64,000 bases of DNA from Octopus sinensis (GCF_006345805.1 NC_042997.1:124248001-124312000); one strand, 5' to 3'; positions 24,815 to 37,225 are shown, counted from the stretch's first letter. The notes: generated by a model from the letters alone, not told the origin. Translations and numbers: made by a program.

Positions 24815-25715
24815 GCCTTTGCACAGCTTCTAACGCTGGAGATGTACTACAGTGTCCGCTGTTCATTACCAGAGAACTAAGGTAATACCTCTTATTTTTC
24901 GAGCACCTTCCGGAGTATTCGAGCGGTTCCAAGCAGTGGTGCTTTCTGCTAGTGCTCCGCCCCTATTGCAGCCCCTATTTGTTCCACATACTTCTGGAGA
25001 TTTTTGTTCCCTGTTGGTACTATTGTCACCTTTTTCATCAATCACAACTGATTAACTTCCCAAGCTAACCTGTCATATCTCTCACCTTTTCTTTCTTCCT
25101 TGTCACATACCTTGTTTTCAGCTGGGCATGCTATATCTATGATCCAGCATAGTTTGTTTTCTTTCTCAATTAAAACTGTCCGGCTTCCTATTCTCTATCT
25201 CATGGTCGCACTGAATCATAAAACCCCATAGGATCTTTGCATTTCTATTTTCGACAATGCCTTCAGGTTTGTGGTGGTACCAATTTTTTGCTCTGTCAAG
25301 TCCATACTTGTTGCAAAGTGTCCAATGTACAAGCCTAACTATATTGTCGTAGTGTCTCTTATATTCCTTCTGGGCTAGTGGCGTACATTGGCTGGTAAAA
25401 AGCCATACGGTTTCACCATTTGTCCACAGATTCTGCGCTTATCACTTGCTGCTGTGTTGTCTATTCTGTATTTTATGTAGTTTGTTCTTTGTGCTTGCCC
25501 TTGGGCAGCACAGATTAGAGCCTCCGTTTCCTGTTTGAAATTGCTTTTAGTCATCCACAGCCATCTTTTGTCTCTGTCTGTCTTATCTTCAACATCCCTA
25601 TGAAGTTGACTATGCATTCTTTTCTTTACCCACCAATTTTCAGTTTCATTCCTTTTCAATTTCTTGTATAGTGCTTTATCTTTGCAATCTTTCATCCTAC
25701 ACAAGCCTGACCTAA
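24815..25715 (-). mobile_element. R4/Dong fragment (zinc knuckle and RLE), decayed
   Basis: KRMHSQLHRD..WLWMTKSNFKQETEALICAAQGQAQRTNYIKYRID..RICG; LAQKEYKRHYDNIVRLVHWTLCNKYGL..KPEGIVEN..KILW; 3' end abuts ATT/GTT tract. Confidence 0.88.
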
Positions 25716-26702
25716 GATTGATTATTGATGCAAACCCAAGTTCATATCTATGTCCGCTGAGTCTTGGTGTGTTTTGTGTCTGATCCGTGGTCTCATCGTT
25801 TTGGCAATACACAATGTTATTTTTCTGTGCGTTGTGCACATTTGTAAGTCCTAGTTTTTGGTTATGCATTTGCCTGTATACTTTCTAAATATGCGTGAGG
25901 CATTTAGTGTAGGGAATATTACAGTTTTTAGCACAAGTGGTTTATTAATATTTTCAGATATATATATTTAGAAAATTATTTCCTTTGTCTCAGAGATAAA
26001 TTAACAGTACCTGGAAACTTAAATTCTTTCCCGTTGGTGCTTGCTAACTAGACCTAGTGGATTAAACTTGGCCTTATGACTGCATGAACTAAAGTAACCT
26101 CATGTATGGTTTACGCTTCATTGTGCAATACTGTGACAGGTGTATGCATATACTAACTTCAAATTTATTTGGGACGATTAGCGTATAGATACTTAATTGC
26201 TGGGACGATTAGCCTAATAATACTTAATTAGCCTTTTATGATGTTAAACTAATGACTAGAATATTCCATCCTAATTCTTCATTTTTATGTTTAGTTCATT
26301 GATTCTTGAGTATTTCCTTGTCCGTATATGTTGTAATTCTTTTCTATTAGTTTTGGTATCAATTATACGAGTGTTTTATAATTTTCCTCCCTTTAATTTG
26401 AAAAAGGTGCAATTTTAAAATCCAGATTGCAGAATTGCAATGATAAATTCGTTTATTGTCTGTAACATTGTTTCAACTGGCTTACCATTTACAGCGTACA
26501 AAATGGACTTTGTATATTAAAAACTGTTTCTGTTCCATAGAAACGATTCTTCGTGAATTAATACTCGTTCAGCACACCAGTGAATGCAGTTGGCATAAAA
26601 CAGAAAAACAGTTCCCTTCCAACATTTCTCTTCTAACGGCTGTTAGTTAAGATGTCTTTGATAAAACTCGCTTTTCTATCGGTGTAATCAATTCCTGCCA
26701 AA

Positions 26703-27007
26703 AGGCCTCTGAATTAAGGATGTTGAATGAAAAACCCATGTTTCCTCAGGTGAATTATTCAAACCACAAAGAATTCGTCTCAACACATGGATATGATTCT
26801 CACCCACTACTTCTGCTCGTGATCAAAGATGCACATACTGTCAGCCACAAAAGGACACGCTGAACTGGTTAAGGTCAAACAACTGACAAGCAAATCTGTG
26901 GCATTGAGCAGAATATTTGCCAAGACAAAACGTGTACATGATAACACTTCCAATCAGTTAAGATCAGAAGCCATGAGAGCCACTGCTTGGTACTGCATCG
27001 GGGCATT
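26703..27007 (-). mobile_element. Family E, inferred 5' half
   Basis: Colinear with 42950-43225; ends CTGCTTGGTACTGCATCGGGGCATT then (ATT)n. Confidence 0.85.
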
Positions 27008-27041
27008 TTTATTATTATTATTATTATTGTTATTATTATTA

Positions 27042-27105
<64 letters not shown>

Positions 27106-27148
27106 CATCATCATCATCATCATCATATTATTATTATTATTATTATTA

Positions 27149-27218
<70 letters not shown>
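27008..27218. repeat. (ATT)n/(ATC)n array
   Basis: Direct reading. Confidence 0.97.
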
Positions 27219-27220
<2 letters not shown>

Positions 27221-28205
27221 ACTGTTCAATATTTGGTAGATTGAGGCAAATATCTACTGAATTACCTGCTACACTTCCGTGTTGCTAAGGTATGTGTAGC
27301 ATTGTGTCTTCTTTTCTGCTGTTGGGAGTGTACGAACTCTTACCGGTACTATATTGTGTTAGTTTTTTTTCTTTTTTGTTGTTTGACGTGTGGTGCTATC
27401 TTTTGTCGTGTTACTGCTTGTGTTGTGTGTTGAGTGTGTAACGCTTTGGATTTCTGGATTGCCCGTGGGCGTTTATTTCATTGGGTAAGTGCTATCTACA
27501 GTGTGTCTTGTATTCGTGGATTGTTATATTTAGGTGTATCATATGATTTATAGTGACTTGCGTAGGATGTTGGCTCTTCTTAGCAGGCCTATATCTTGGA
27601 CAGCGTGTAGTGTTGAGGATCCAGGTATAGCTTCTAGGTTTTTGTTCGTATGATGTTTTTATCATGCCTCATAGTCCAATTATTATTGGTATTGTTTTTA
27701 CCTTCAAGCCCCACATTTTGAAAACTTCAATTTCGAGGGCTTTGTACATCGATAATTTCTCCACTTTTTTTGACAATATTTTTATCAGAAGGGACTGCAA
27801 TGTATATCAGTAGGCAGGTGGTTTTCTCCAATCCTTGACTATTGTGCCTGGGCGATTAGCTGTTATTTCTTTATCGGTTTGAACCGGAATATCCCAGGTC
27901 ACTGTGGCCTAATCGTTGTTTTGTACCTAGCTTAGCACATGCTTATACCACTTGTTGTCAGTTTTGATGTTGTGATGTTGCCATATTGTTCAGTGGATAT
28001 GACTGTTTACATAGTCGTGTCTGTATACATATCCAGACTTGGCAAGGACGGGGCAGCCCGAGATGATGTCGTCAACTGTCTCATTGTGCTGGTCTCATAT
28101 TCTGCAGAGCTTTTGAGCCATTGTTCGCTTTTACTGTGGCTCACATTCTCTCCGTCAAGCCTTGCAGGTTATTGGCTATGAAGTGATTTTCTCTCCATTT
28201 CTTCT
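27219..28205 (-). mobile_element. R4/Dong 3' fragment with ~340-bp 3' UTR
   Basis: ETVDDIISGCPVLAKSGYVYRHD..WDIPVQTDKEITANRP..YKALEIEVFKMWGLKVKTIPIIIG; 3' end at (ATT)n 27218. Confidence 0.88.
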
Positions 28206-28263
28206 TCAGTACTTTTGTAATTCAGTTTTCATTTTTTTTTTTTGAAATTCCGGCCATTTCTGC

Positions 28264-28299
28264 TATGTTGCCATATCATTATCATCGTCATCATCATTT

Positions 28300-28342
<43 letters not shown>

Positions 28343-28420
28343 TATTATTATTGTTGTTGTTATTATTGTTATTATTATTGTTACTACTACTACTACTACT
28401 ACTACAACAACTTCTGCTTC

Positions 28421-28486
<66 letters not shown>

Positions 28487-28511
28487 CATCATCATCATCA
28501 TCATCATCATT
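28264..28511. repeat. (ATT)/(ATC)/(ACT)/(GTT) compound array
   Basis: Direct reading. Confidence 0.95.
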
Positions 28512-30290
28512 AGTTCCCTAGGTTATCTATGTCACATCTCAGCTCCTTCCTGCAGCTTAGAAACACAACATTTTCCTCATGTTCCGAATATTGCTGCTAA
28601 CTTTCTATCAAGTTTCCTTTCCATAACGGAATATTGTTTTCTTTGAGATGCTATCATGTGCACTACGCACGATACATATCACACTCATTGTCTTCACAAC
28701 ACTCTGGTCTGTAGGTATTGGTACGTCCATAAAGGTCCATTCTTTGGACTCTTTCTGTAGGAGAGTGACATTTGGTTTGTTATGTTGCAGCTTCTTAGCT
28801 GTGTAGATTGGCATATCCCCCATGTGTTTAATATATATTTCTTCATTGCCCACAGGAGGCTACATAGAGGGGGAAAAGCAAAGGGATTAAGTCGATTACA
28901 TCGACCCCAGTACGTAACTGGTACTTATTTAATTGACCCCGAAAGGATGAAAGGCAAAGTCGACCTCGGCGGAATTTGAACTCTGAATGTAACGGCAGGC
29001 GAAATACAACTAAGCATTTCGCCGGGCGTGCTAACGATTCTGCCAGCCCGCCGCCCAAACATATTAAGCATGGATTTAATATAATCAATATTTGCTACTG
29101 GCAAATGTTGGTGCTCGTACCACTTGTTAATACACTCTAACCCATACTTCCTGCAGTGTATACGCAATGCCACTTTGCCAGGGTGTTTTTTGCATGCCTT
29201 TTTGATCAGGTTTGAGCAAACACTAATTATAAATCTCTCACATGATATTTCACATAATGTACACTGCTCTCTTATGAATAGAGTACTTCATTGCGTTGGT
29301 TCGTAAAGATATTTCATCAGCAGCAAGGATAAATCTAATTGCCTTGTCTCCTTTAAGAATTTATGCCTTAACCAGCTTCGTGATTCCCTATCGGATTCAT
29401 CTGATGTTGAAGTTTGATAATTCCCACTGAAAGGTTTTCTCTTTCCAGTTAGTGATCGTTTCCATTAGTTCTCATTCTGAACTTCTGGTCGGCCTTGATC
29501 ACCTTCCCACTCAGTGCGATCTGCAGCATTCTTTCATCCCCATCTCTAAGATAGGCATACAAATACTTAATCTCCTTCCTAGTACTATTTTTATTCCCAT
29601 CAATCCTATTTCCCCTTCTTTCCTTGGTTAGTAAGGCCTCACCACGTTACTTCTAATATGAAAGCACCTATGCATAGACATTATCTTCCTAGTTTTTCTA
29701 TCCACGTTGGCTAGTTCTCCATCTGCCCATTCCCCAGTTCCAGCGCAGTAACGTACTGCTTAAGTGTTGATGCTCCTAGTCAGACTCCCTCCATTCATCT
29801 TGGATCATCATGTTCATCATCTGGATAAATTGTAAAGTACTGACATACTTGTAAGCTTCTCTGTTCACTTCTTTTATACGCTCATTATTTGGAAACTCAA
29901 ATCCATTGCTCTCTACATTTCACTTTCTCCTTAATTCATGAAATGCGCATTTATCTTGACGAAATGCAAACATAAGAGGCGATTCGTACAGCAGGAACTT
30001 CATTGGTCTCACGATTTTGCATGTTGTCATCAGCTATTATGTTCTCCAATACAAGGAGCGGTGGCAACTTGCTAACAATACAGAGCAGGGGTGACATGAA
30101 TTTTCCTTCACTTGCCCAATTTCTCTTTTCACGTACTATCAAAACTGTCTTCCAGTTGCTCATACTACTTCCAATTAAACATGTCATCTCCAGGCAACCT
30201 AGAATCCAAGAGATAGGAACATGTCATCTAGCTTTTTTCTAGTCAAACTAAGCCATTGAGAAGCTGGTCAAACTTCTCAGATAGTCACTC
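28512..30290 (-). mobile_element. Old R4/Dong fragment (RT end to RLE) interrupted by a SINE B
   Basis: NWKTVL..MSPLLCI (RT), LDKC..EAYKY (post-RT), DMPIYTAKKLQHNKPNVTL..FMDVPIPTD (RLE); many stops and frameshifts. Confidence 0.75.
28836..29055 (-). mobile_element. SINE type B with alternative (B2) tail
   Basis: Full head GGCGGCGGGCTGGCAGAATCGTTAGCACGCCCGGCGAAATGC, B box GAGTTCAAATTCC; tail ..TAGCCTCCTGTGGGCAATGAAGAAATA as at ~59013-59060. Confidence 0.9.
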
Positions 30291-30419
30291 AAAATTGCTT
30301 TATCTATCAGTAATTGACCCTTTAACAATTTTGAGTAAGTCCCGACAACGTCGACATTATTATAGAAGTACTTTTTATTATTAATGTTATTCAGTGAGAG
30401 AATAATGCATACAATTATT

Positions 30420-31050
30420 ATTCTTTAACTCAGGAGTTGTTGGGACTCCTGGTGTCTTGTATACATAGTGGGCTTTCTATCTGCAGCTTTCGTTTGTCTA
30501 CATACTATTCTTTTCAACTAATACTTTCTAGCCGGACCAAGGAGGAAAGCATTTAGTAACAGCTCTATTGAGTACACTATTCTGATTTCCTTTATATTTT
30601 TTCCTGATGATTTCTGATACTGTTCCCAAGGACCCAAGAATAATTGGCAATACCGTGTCCTATATTTTGTATAGCCAGGCTAATTCGTACTGAAAAGGAT
30701 AGTATGTGTCTATTTCTTCGTCATCCTTCTAGACTATTCATGTGCCAAAGGGGTAAGAAACATCCATTATATAGCACATGTTGTTCACCTTGTCCACCAC
30801 AACTATGTTCGGCTTGTTATGCTCTAGCACCTGATCTGTTTGAATTGGGACATCTCACAGGATTTTGGAGGTCTCAAGCAATCTCTGCGGTTTATCCTCA
30901 TACCACGTCTCTAGACTCCACTTTTTGCATAGTTTCCAATGTAGCACTTTCACTATCTCATAGTGTCGCCACAACTGATCACACTTCAAGAACCCTGCAG
31001 CGAACTCTTGAAATGAGAATTTTTGCAGATATTCTATTTTCATATTTGTA
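30420..31050 (-). mobile_element. R4/Dong RLE-region fragment
   Basis: VLHWKLCKKWSLETWYEDKPQRLLETSKIL*DVPIQTDQVLEHNKPNIVVVDK; 3' UTR motif GTTGGGACTCCTGGTGTCTTG shared with ~39903. Confidence 0.8.
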
Positions 31051-31079
31051 CCAATATGTTTTAATCATGTTGGTACTTG

Positions 31080-31360
31080 AGTGCTGATACTTCCAAGCGC
31101 GTCAGGTACTTCTGGTATCATGTTCACTCTCCTCATTGCCCACAACATGCATATTCTCCACTTCAAATTGTCATAGTTGTTCAGTTTTTCCTCTTGATTC
31201 TCGTTAATTTTGTCGTCACACGGACGTGCTGCGTCGATTATCATGCAATTTATTTTTCCTTTTTGTTCATCACAACAATATCAAGTTTCCTATGTTTAAT
31301 CTGAAGGTCATACTGAATCATTGATCGCACTTTGTGGTCTCACTGACTCATTGGTTCAAT
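31080..31360 (-). mobile_element. R4/Dong RLE fragment
   Basis: IQYDLQIKHRKLDIVV..IIDAARPCDDKINENQEEKLNNYDNLKW..LWAMRRV. Confidence 0.7.
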
Positions 31361-31424
<64 letters not shown>

Positions 31425-31450
31425 CATCATCATCATTATTATTATTGTTG

Positions 31451-31527
<77 letters not shown>

Positions 31528-31570
31528 CCTCATCATCATCATCATGATTATTATTATTATTATTATCATT
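31361..31570. repeat. (ATT)n/(ATC)n array
   Basis: Direct reading. Confidence 0.97.
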
Positions 31571-31787
31571 GAGGTGGCCAGCTGGCAGAATTGTTAACAT
31601 GTCGGGAAAAAATGCTTAAAGGTATTTCGTCCATTATCACGTTCTGAGTTCAAATGTATCCGGGGTTTACTTTGCCATTCATTCTTTCAGGGTCGATAAA
31701 TTAAGTACCAGTCGGGTATTGGGGACGACGTAATTGACTTGTCCCCTCCATACAGATTTCAGGACTTGTACCTTTAGTAGAAAGCAT
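31571..31787 (+). mobile_element. SINE type B inside ATT array
   Basis: GAGGTGGCCAGCTGGCAGAATTGTTAACA..GTTCTGAGTTCAAAT..GGGTCGATAAATTAAGTACCAGT..GTAGAAAGCATT(ATT)n. Confidence 0.88.
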
Positions 31788-31792
31788 TATTA

Positions 31793-31837
<45 letters not shown>

Positions 31838-31841
31838 CATT

Positions 31842-31894
<53 letters not shown>

Positions 31895-32101
31895 GAGGTA
31901 GCGTGCCGGCAGAAACGTTAGCACACTGGGCGAAATAATTAGCGACATTTCGTCTGTCTTTATTTTCTGAGTTCAAATTCCGCCAAGGACGAATTTGCCT
32001 TTCATTCTTTCGAGGTCGATGAAATAAGTACTAGTGGAGGGCATGGATGGATGTAATCGATTATATATTCCCCCAAAATGTCAGGCCTTGTGCCTATAGC
32101 A
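31895..32101 (+). mobile_element. SINE type B inside ATT array
   Basis: GGCAGAAACGTTAGCACACTGGGCGAAAT..CTGAGTTCAAATTCCGCC..GGCCTTGTGCCTATAGC(ATT)n. Confidence 0.88.
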
Positions 32102-32133
32102 TTATTATTATTATTATATTATTATTATTATTA

Positions 32134-32175
<42 letters not shown>

Positions 32176-32178
<3 letters not shown>

Positions 32179-35100
32179 TAGTATATTTTTTATATCGTGC
32201 TTTCACTTCACTACCGAGCACAGCTCTGTGTGCCTTGGGTATGTGCTGTGATTTGTGGTGATGCTCTGATGGTTATTGTATGGAAAGTGTTCTGCGTAGG
32301 ATGTGTGCAGTGCCTAGTAGTGCAATTTTCTGTATGTTATATGTGTTTGTAAGTCCTGGTGTTTTTGTTATGCATTTGTCTGAATATTATTTTATTTTGC
32401 CGAATGCACCTACTATGATAGGAATTGTTTCTGCTTTTAGATTCCACATTCTGGTTACCTCTATTTCCAGGTCTTTGTATTTTGAAAGTTTCTCCATTTC
32501 TTTTCGAGACACGTATCATCCGCTGGTATTGATACAACAATTAGAAAACATTTTTTTTCTTCGTGATCTCTGACAACTATATCTGGTCTGTTGGCCTTAA
32601 TTTCTCTATCTGTGTGTATTGGCATATCCCAGAGTGTGGTTGCTTTCTCGATTTCTGTGACCTTTTCTGGTGTGTGCCTATACCATCTATTTTCTGTTGT
32701 TATTCCATAATGTTTGCATAGATTCCAGTGTATATAGGTCCCAACTCTGTCGTGTCTGTGAATATATTCCTTCTTAGCCAGGACTGGGCAGCCAGAGATA
32801 ATATGATTTATTGTTTCTTGTCCATCTCCACATATTCTGCAGTTACTTGTTATATTTCTTTTCATTACATGTTTTTGGTAATTTCTGGTGGGGAAGCTTT
32901 GGTCTTGTGCTGCAATTAAAAATCCTTCTGTCTCTGCTTTGAGTCCTGAGCTCCTCAACCATTGTTGGGACTTTTCTTTGTCTATTTCTTTTGCATTAAT
33001 TTAGTCCAGTATTTGCCATGAAGGGGCTTTTCTTGTCATCGTTTTATCATGGTTCGTTGCTGTTCTATTTTTAGTTTGGATTTCATTTGTTTTATAGATT
33101 TTGTTGTTTCTTCTTCTTCTTCTTCTTCTTCTTCTTCTTCTTCTTCTTCTTCTTCTTCTCTTCTTCTTCTTCTTCTTCTTCTTCTACTTCTTCATATTTG
33201 TTAGGTGGTATGATTTCTTGTTTGTATTTGTCAACTTCCTTAAATACTGAGAACTTTTTTTTGTTTTGCTCGTGCTTTGCCGCTATTTGTACCAGTTTTC
33301 CTTCCTTCTGCAGTAAATATTTTTGCAGTCCTATGGGGGTTATTACATAGAAGTTTTCCAGCTGTATAAGGACTCTACCAACATCTATACGTTGTATATA
33401 TAGTCTTTCTATGTCAGATTTTGGGTGATGCATCCTAGATCCTGTCATTATTTTCCGTGTTTTCCTATCTATTTTGGTCAGTTCATTTAGTGTCCAGTTA
33501 AGGATATTGTAGCTGTAACTTATAACTGGGACAGCTAAAGTGTTGATACCTATTATCTTGTTTTTAGCATTGAGCTCTGTTTTCAGTATTGATCTAACTC
33601 GTCTATAATATTCTTTTTTTTATTTTCTCTTTCATTTGTGTGTGTGTTGTGTCTTATCTAGTCCATGGATTCCTAAGTATTTGTAAGTTTGGCTTTGGTC
33701 TAATTCTTTTATTTCATTGGTTTTATCTAGTGTGATGTTGCTATTCTTAACTAGATTTCCATTTTTCAGGGTTACTTTGGCGCATTACTCTAATCCAAAT
33801 TTCATATCTATTTCTTTGGTAAATCCATGAACTGTCTTTAGTAGTGTTTCCAGCTGTTTGTCATTTGTAGCGTATAGTTTTAGGTCATCCATATATAAAA
33901 GGTAACAGATCGATTTGCCGTAACATTTATATCCGCATCCAGTTCTCTTTAGCATATCCGATAGAGGTGACAGTGCCAAGCAGAAAAGGAGTGGAGAGAG
34001 CGTATCTCCATGGAATATTCCTCTTCTAATGGGGATGGCTTTGGTTTTCATGAGTCCTTCTTTTGTTTGGAGCTGTAGCATTGTTTGCCATTTATTCATA
34101 GTGTCCTATGTATTTTATAATGGTTGGTGCAACTTTGTTCATGGCTAGTGTTTCGAGGATCCATGTCTGGGGGATGCTGTCAAACGCCTTTTTGTAGTCG
34201 ATTCAGGCCATACTAAGGCCTTTCTTCTTTCTTTAGCTGTCTTCAGTTATGGCTTTATTGGTCATTAGTTGATCTTTACAGCCATATGAGCCTTTGCGGC
34301 ATCCTTTCTGCTCTTCTGGAAACAGGTTGTTTTCGTCCAGGTGCTTGTTCAATCTTTGCGATATTACTGCAGTAAATGCTTTATACATTGTAGGGAGACA
34401 GGTTATAGGTCAGTAGTTTTCTGGTTTTGCTGTCTCATTTGATTTGATAATTAAGATGGTTTTCCCCTTCGTGAGCAATTCAGGCATTGTGTCTGGCTCT
34501 GTCAGCATGTTGTTTAAATTTTCAGCCAGCTTTTTGTGCATTCCAGTTAGATATTTCAACCAGAAGTTGGGGATCTTGTCATGCCCAGGTGTCTTCCAGT
34601 TGCTTAGTATTTGCAGTGCCTGGGTGACCTCTTCAGTTGTTATGGAGGTCCAAAGTTGCTCAGATGCTGAGTTTGTTGTTTTAATACTTCTTTTTTGGGG
34701 TGTTGTTCGTTCGCCGACCATAATTCTCTCCAGAATAATTCCACTTCTGCCGTTCGTGCTGTAGTGATTTCTATTTTATTTTTGCCAAGTTCTTGGTAGA
34801 ACTTTTTGGGGTTGGAGTTGAACTGTTTGTTTTGTTCAAAGAAACGTTGGCGTTTCTCTTACTGGCGGATCCTTTGTGCTCTGGCAAGGATATCTTGCTT
34901 TAGCTTTTCTTTTATCTCAGGTAAATCTTTTTCTGTGGTGCTGTATTTGCGGAGTATTTTTTGTTTTCTTTTTGTTGCTCAGTAGCGTTGATTGTCTACT
35001 GATTTCATTAAGAATCGACAGATCTTTTCTCCTTTTTTGTATTTTGTTTTGGATGTTATATATCCACAGGGTTTGTTTGGGTGGTGGTACTCCTGTTTGG

Positions 35101-36334
35101 ATGGGTCTGAGTGAGTATCCAGCTTCTTTTGTGGTTGCAGTGGCTGCTGCGTATACTAAGTCATTTAGCTCAGTGATATCGCTTTTTGTTTCAGTGGCTA
35201 TTAGTTCCGTGACGGCTAGGTTTATGTTGTTTATAATTGGTGTTGTTTTGTCTATTTTGATTTTTGGGAGGTATGGTCGGTGGTCCATTTTATCTCTGTG
35301 GTTTTCAGTTATTTGATTATTCTACTTTTTATAGTTTCATAATCATTAGGCTTCCCTTCGTTGTTTCCAGGTTTTAAATTTGTGTCGCTTTCTATCTCAT
35401 CTGTATGTTTGTTTGTCGTGTTTTGGCTTGCTGTTTGTCGTGTATTATTATGTATCCTTACGGTCTGGGTTTGTTGTTTTTTGTTTACATCGTTTTTGTT
35501 GGAAATGTTACGTTTGTCTTCGTGCTTTACTGTTTCAGTGTTTGAATTATTTGGCATTGTTGTGTGGCTTCTATCTACATTTTCCTGATGTATTTTTGCT
35601 TTTAAATGTTCTATTTCTATTTCCGATATTTTTTTTGCGTTGAGAATATATATCTCCGTATATTTGCTAGTTTATTTGGGTTCATTGTTGTATCCAGGTC
35701 TTTAATTATGTTATTTTTCTTCCATATTTTGTATGTATGTGTTGTTGTATTTTCATTCTTTGGGTAGAGTACTGCTGTAAATTATGCGTGTAGGATTGAA
35801 ATGTATTCCTCACGTGTCCATTTATGTCTTCTGGGTTTTATTTGCGGGACATGAAGAATAGCGTCCGGCCCATTATTTTGACGGTCGTCATTTTCGTAGG
35901 TTACCGGTCCGTTCATTTCTGTTGTCACATTGTTTTGCAAGTGTAGTTTTTCGTACGTTTTATGTTGTAAGTTTACAGTGCGTACTTCCCGATTGTTATT
36001 CTTGGGTTGAATAATACCAGTATTATTTAATTTATTCGTAGTTTTTTTGTACATGGTGTTTGGGGCCGGAGATGACCTGGTGTTGATGGATCGTAATGTA
36101 TCAAGCATGTTTACATGTGTTGTGTTAGAGGTGGATATGATATCGAGTTAAAATACATCATTTCGTTTAGAAAATAGTAATAAATTTCCATGAGTATTAC
36201 TTACTCGGATATAGTTCAAATCCTTTTGTCAGTTATTTTTTATCTCCATGCGATGTCTTTGTTTCCGATGTTTGTGGATTGATTTCGGAGCACTGTTTTA
36301 TTGCTCTCACATGTTTAACGTCCCCGGTGTAATC
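32176..36334 (-). mobile_element. Full-length (~4.16 kb) R4/Dong-clade RLE non-LTR retrotransposon in (TAA)n
   Basis: Flanked by (ATT)n at 32101-32175 and 36335-36390. ~225-nt leader, one long degenerate ORF, ~100-nt 3' UTR ending GTGAAAGCACGATATAAAAAAATATACTACTG(AAT)n; same 3' end at 42428. Confidence 0.93.
32273..36108 (-). pseudogene. R4/Dong polyprotein (N-terminal domain, RT, CCHC knuckle, RLE), ~1270 aa, disrupted
   Basis: RRHKWTREEY (N-term); NWKTPGHDKIPNFWLK (RT domain 0); RRGIFHGDTLSPLLFCLAL and LLYMDDLKLYA (RT core); CRICGDGQETINHIISGC (CCHC); RHD..WDMP..NRPDIV (RLE); QKIALLGTAHILRRTLSIQ*. Point stops (e.g. 35782) and frameshifts. Confidence 0.92.
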
Positions 36335-36382
<48 letters not shown>

Positions 36383-36479
36383 TATTATTTTGTTGTTGTT
36401 GTTCTTTTTGTTGTTGCTGCTGTTGTTGTTATTATTAGTATTATTATAAGTAATATTATTACTATTATTAGTTACTTTT

Positions 36480-36975
36480 AGTCTGCATGTTTGTTACAAT
36501 CATTCGCCGAGACACACCCGACGTTCTAGCGTGAGTGAAGGATAATAGATTTTAGATTATAACGGAAAGCTTCGGGAGAGGAGGTAGCAGACACAGTAGC
36601 GAAAATTCTCCATATAATAAAACAATTCATTATAGGGTTTTATCCCTATCATGTTGTAATACAACATATTAAGTTATTTTCCTAAGGTTGTCGGTAGTAA
36701 TTGTCAGCAGAATCTTTAGGATTTCTCTGAGATATGATTCTCCTAATATATTATCTAGATGCTTCTGACATCCCACAATAACAGGAACAGTTTTCGCTTT
36801 AATATGCCTCATCTTTTCTATTTCAATATCCAGGTCATTTTATTTACTTAATTTATCAAATTCCTTTACACATATATTTTTATCAGTGGGAACGCTTAGA
36901 TCTATTAGTCTACATGTATTTTCTTACTGTCTTTAGTGATTATGTCTGGTTGATTACTCTGGATTTATCTGTTAT
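36480..36975 (-). mobile_element. R4/Dong RLE 3' fragment, old
   Basis: Frameshifted PDIITKDS..LIDLSVPTDKNICVKEFDKL..DLDIEIEKMRHIKAKTVPVIVG. Confidence 0.7.
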
Positions 36976-37043
36976 TATTATTATTCTTGTTGTTGTTGTT
37001 GATGTTGTGGTTGATGTTATTATTATTATAATTATTATTACTA

Positions 37044-37225
37044 TATGAAAACTCACAGCTTATTTTGCTGGGTATGATGGGAAGTGTCAGCTGTCCAAAG
37101 CCAGCAGACTAGGGTGACACTATTGGTCATGCTTCAAGTGCTCTGAGAAGAATTCTTGCAGTTCCAAGCAATGCTGATTTTAGTAGGTGTTCTACCTTCA
37201 CACATACACCACTTCAGTCATGCTG
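37044..37225 (-). mobile_element. R4/Dong extreme 3' end with a distinct UTR
   Basis: VEHLLKSALLGTARILLRALEA* then ~90-nt UTR abutting the ATT tract at ~37040. Confidence 0.75.

Noticed and set aside
36100-36334. HDV-like ribozyme at the 5' end of the Dong copy, and in family E (GCCCTGA/TCAGGG pairing)
   Set aside because: I could not build the required nested P1-P2-P3-P1.1-P4 pseudoknot by eye; left as a proposed computation.
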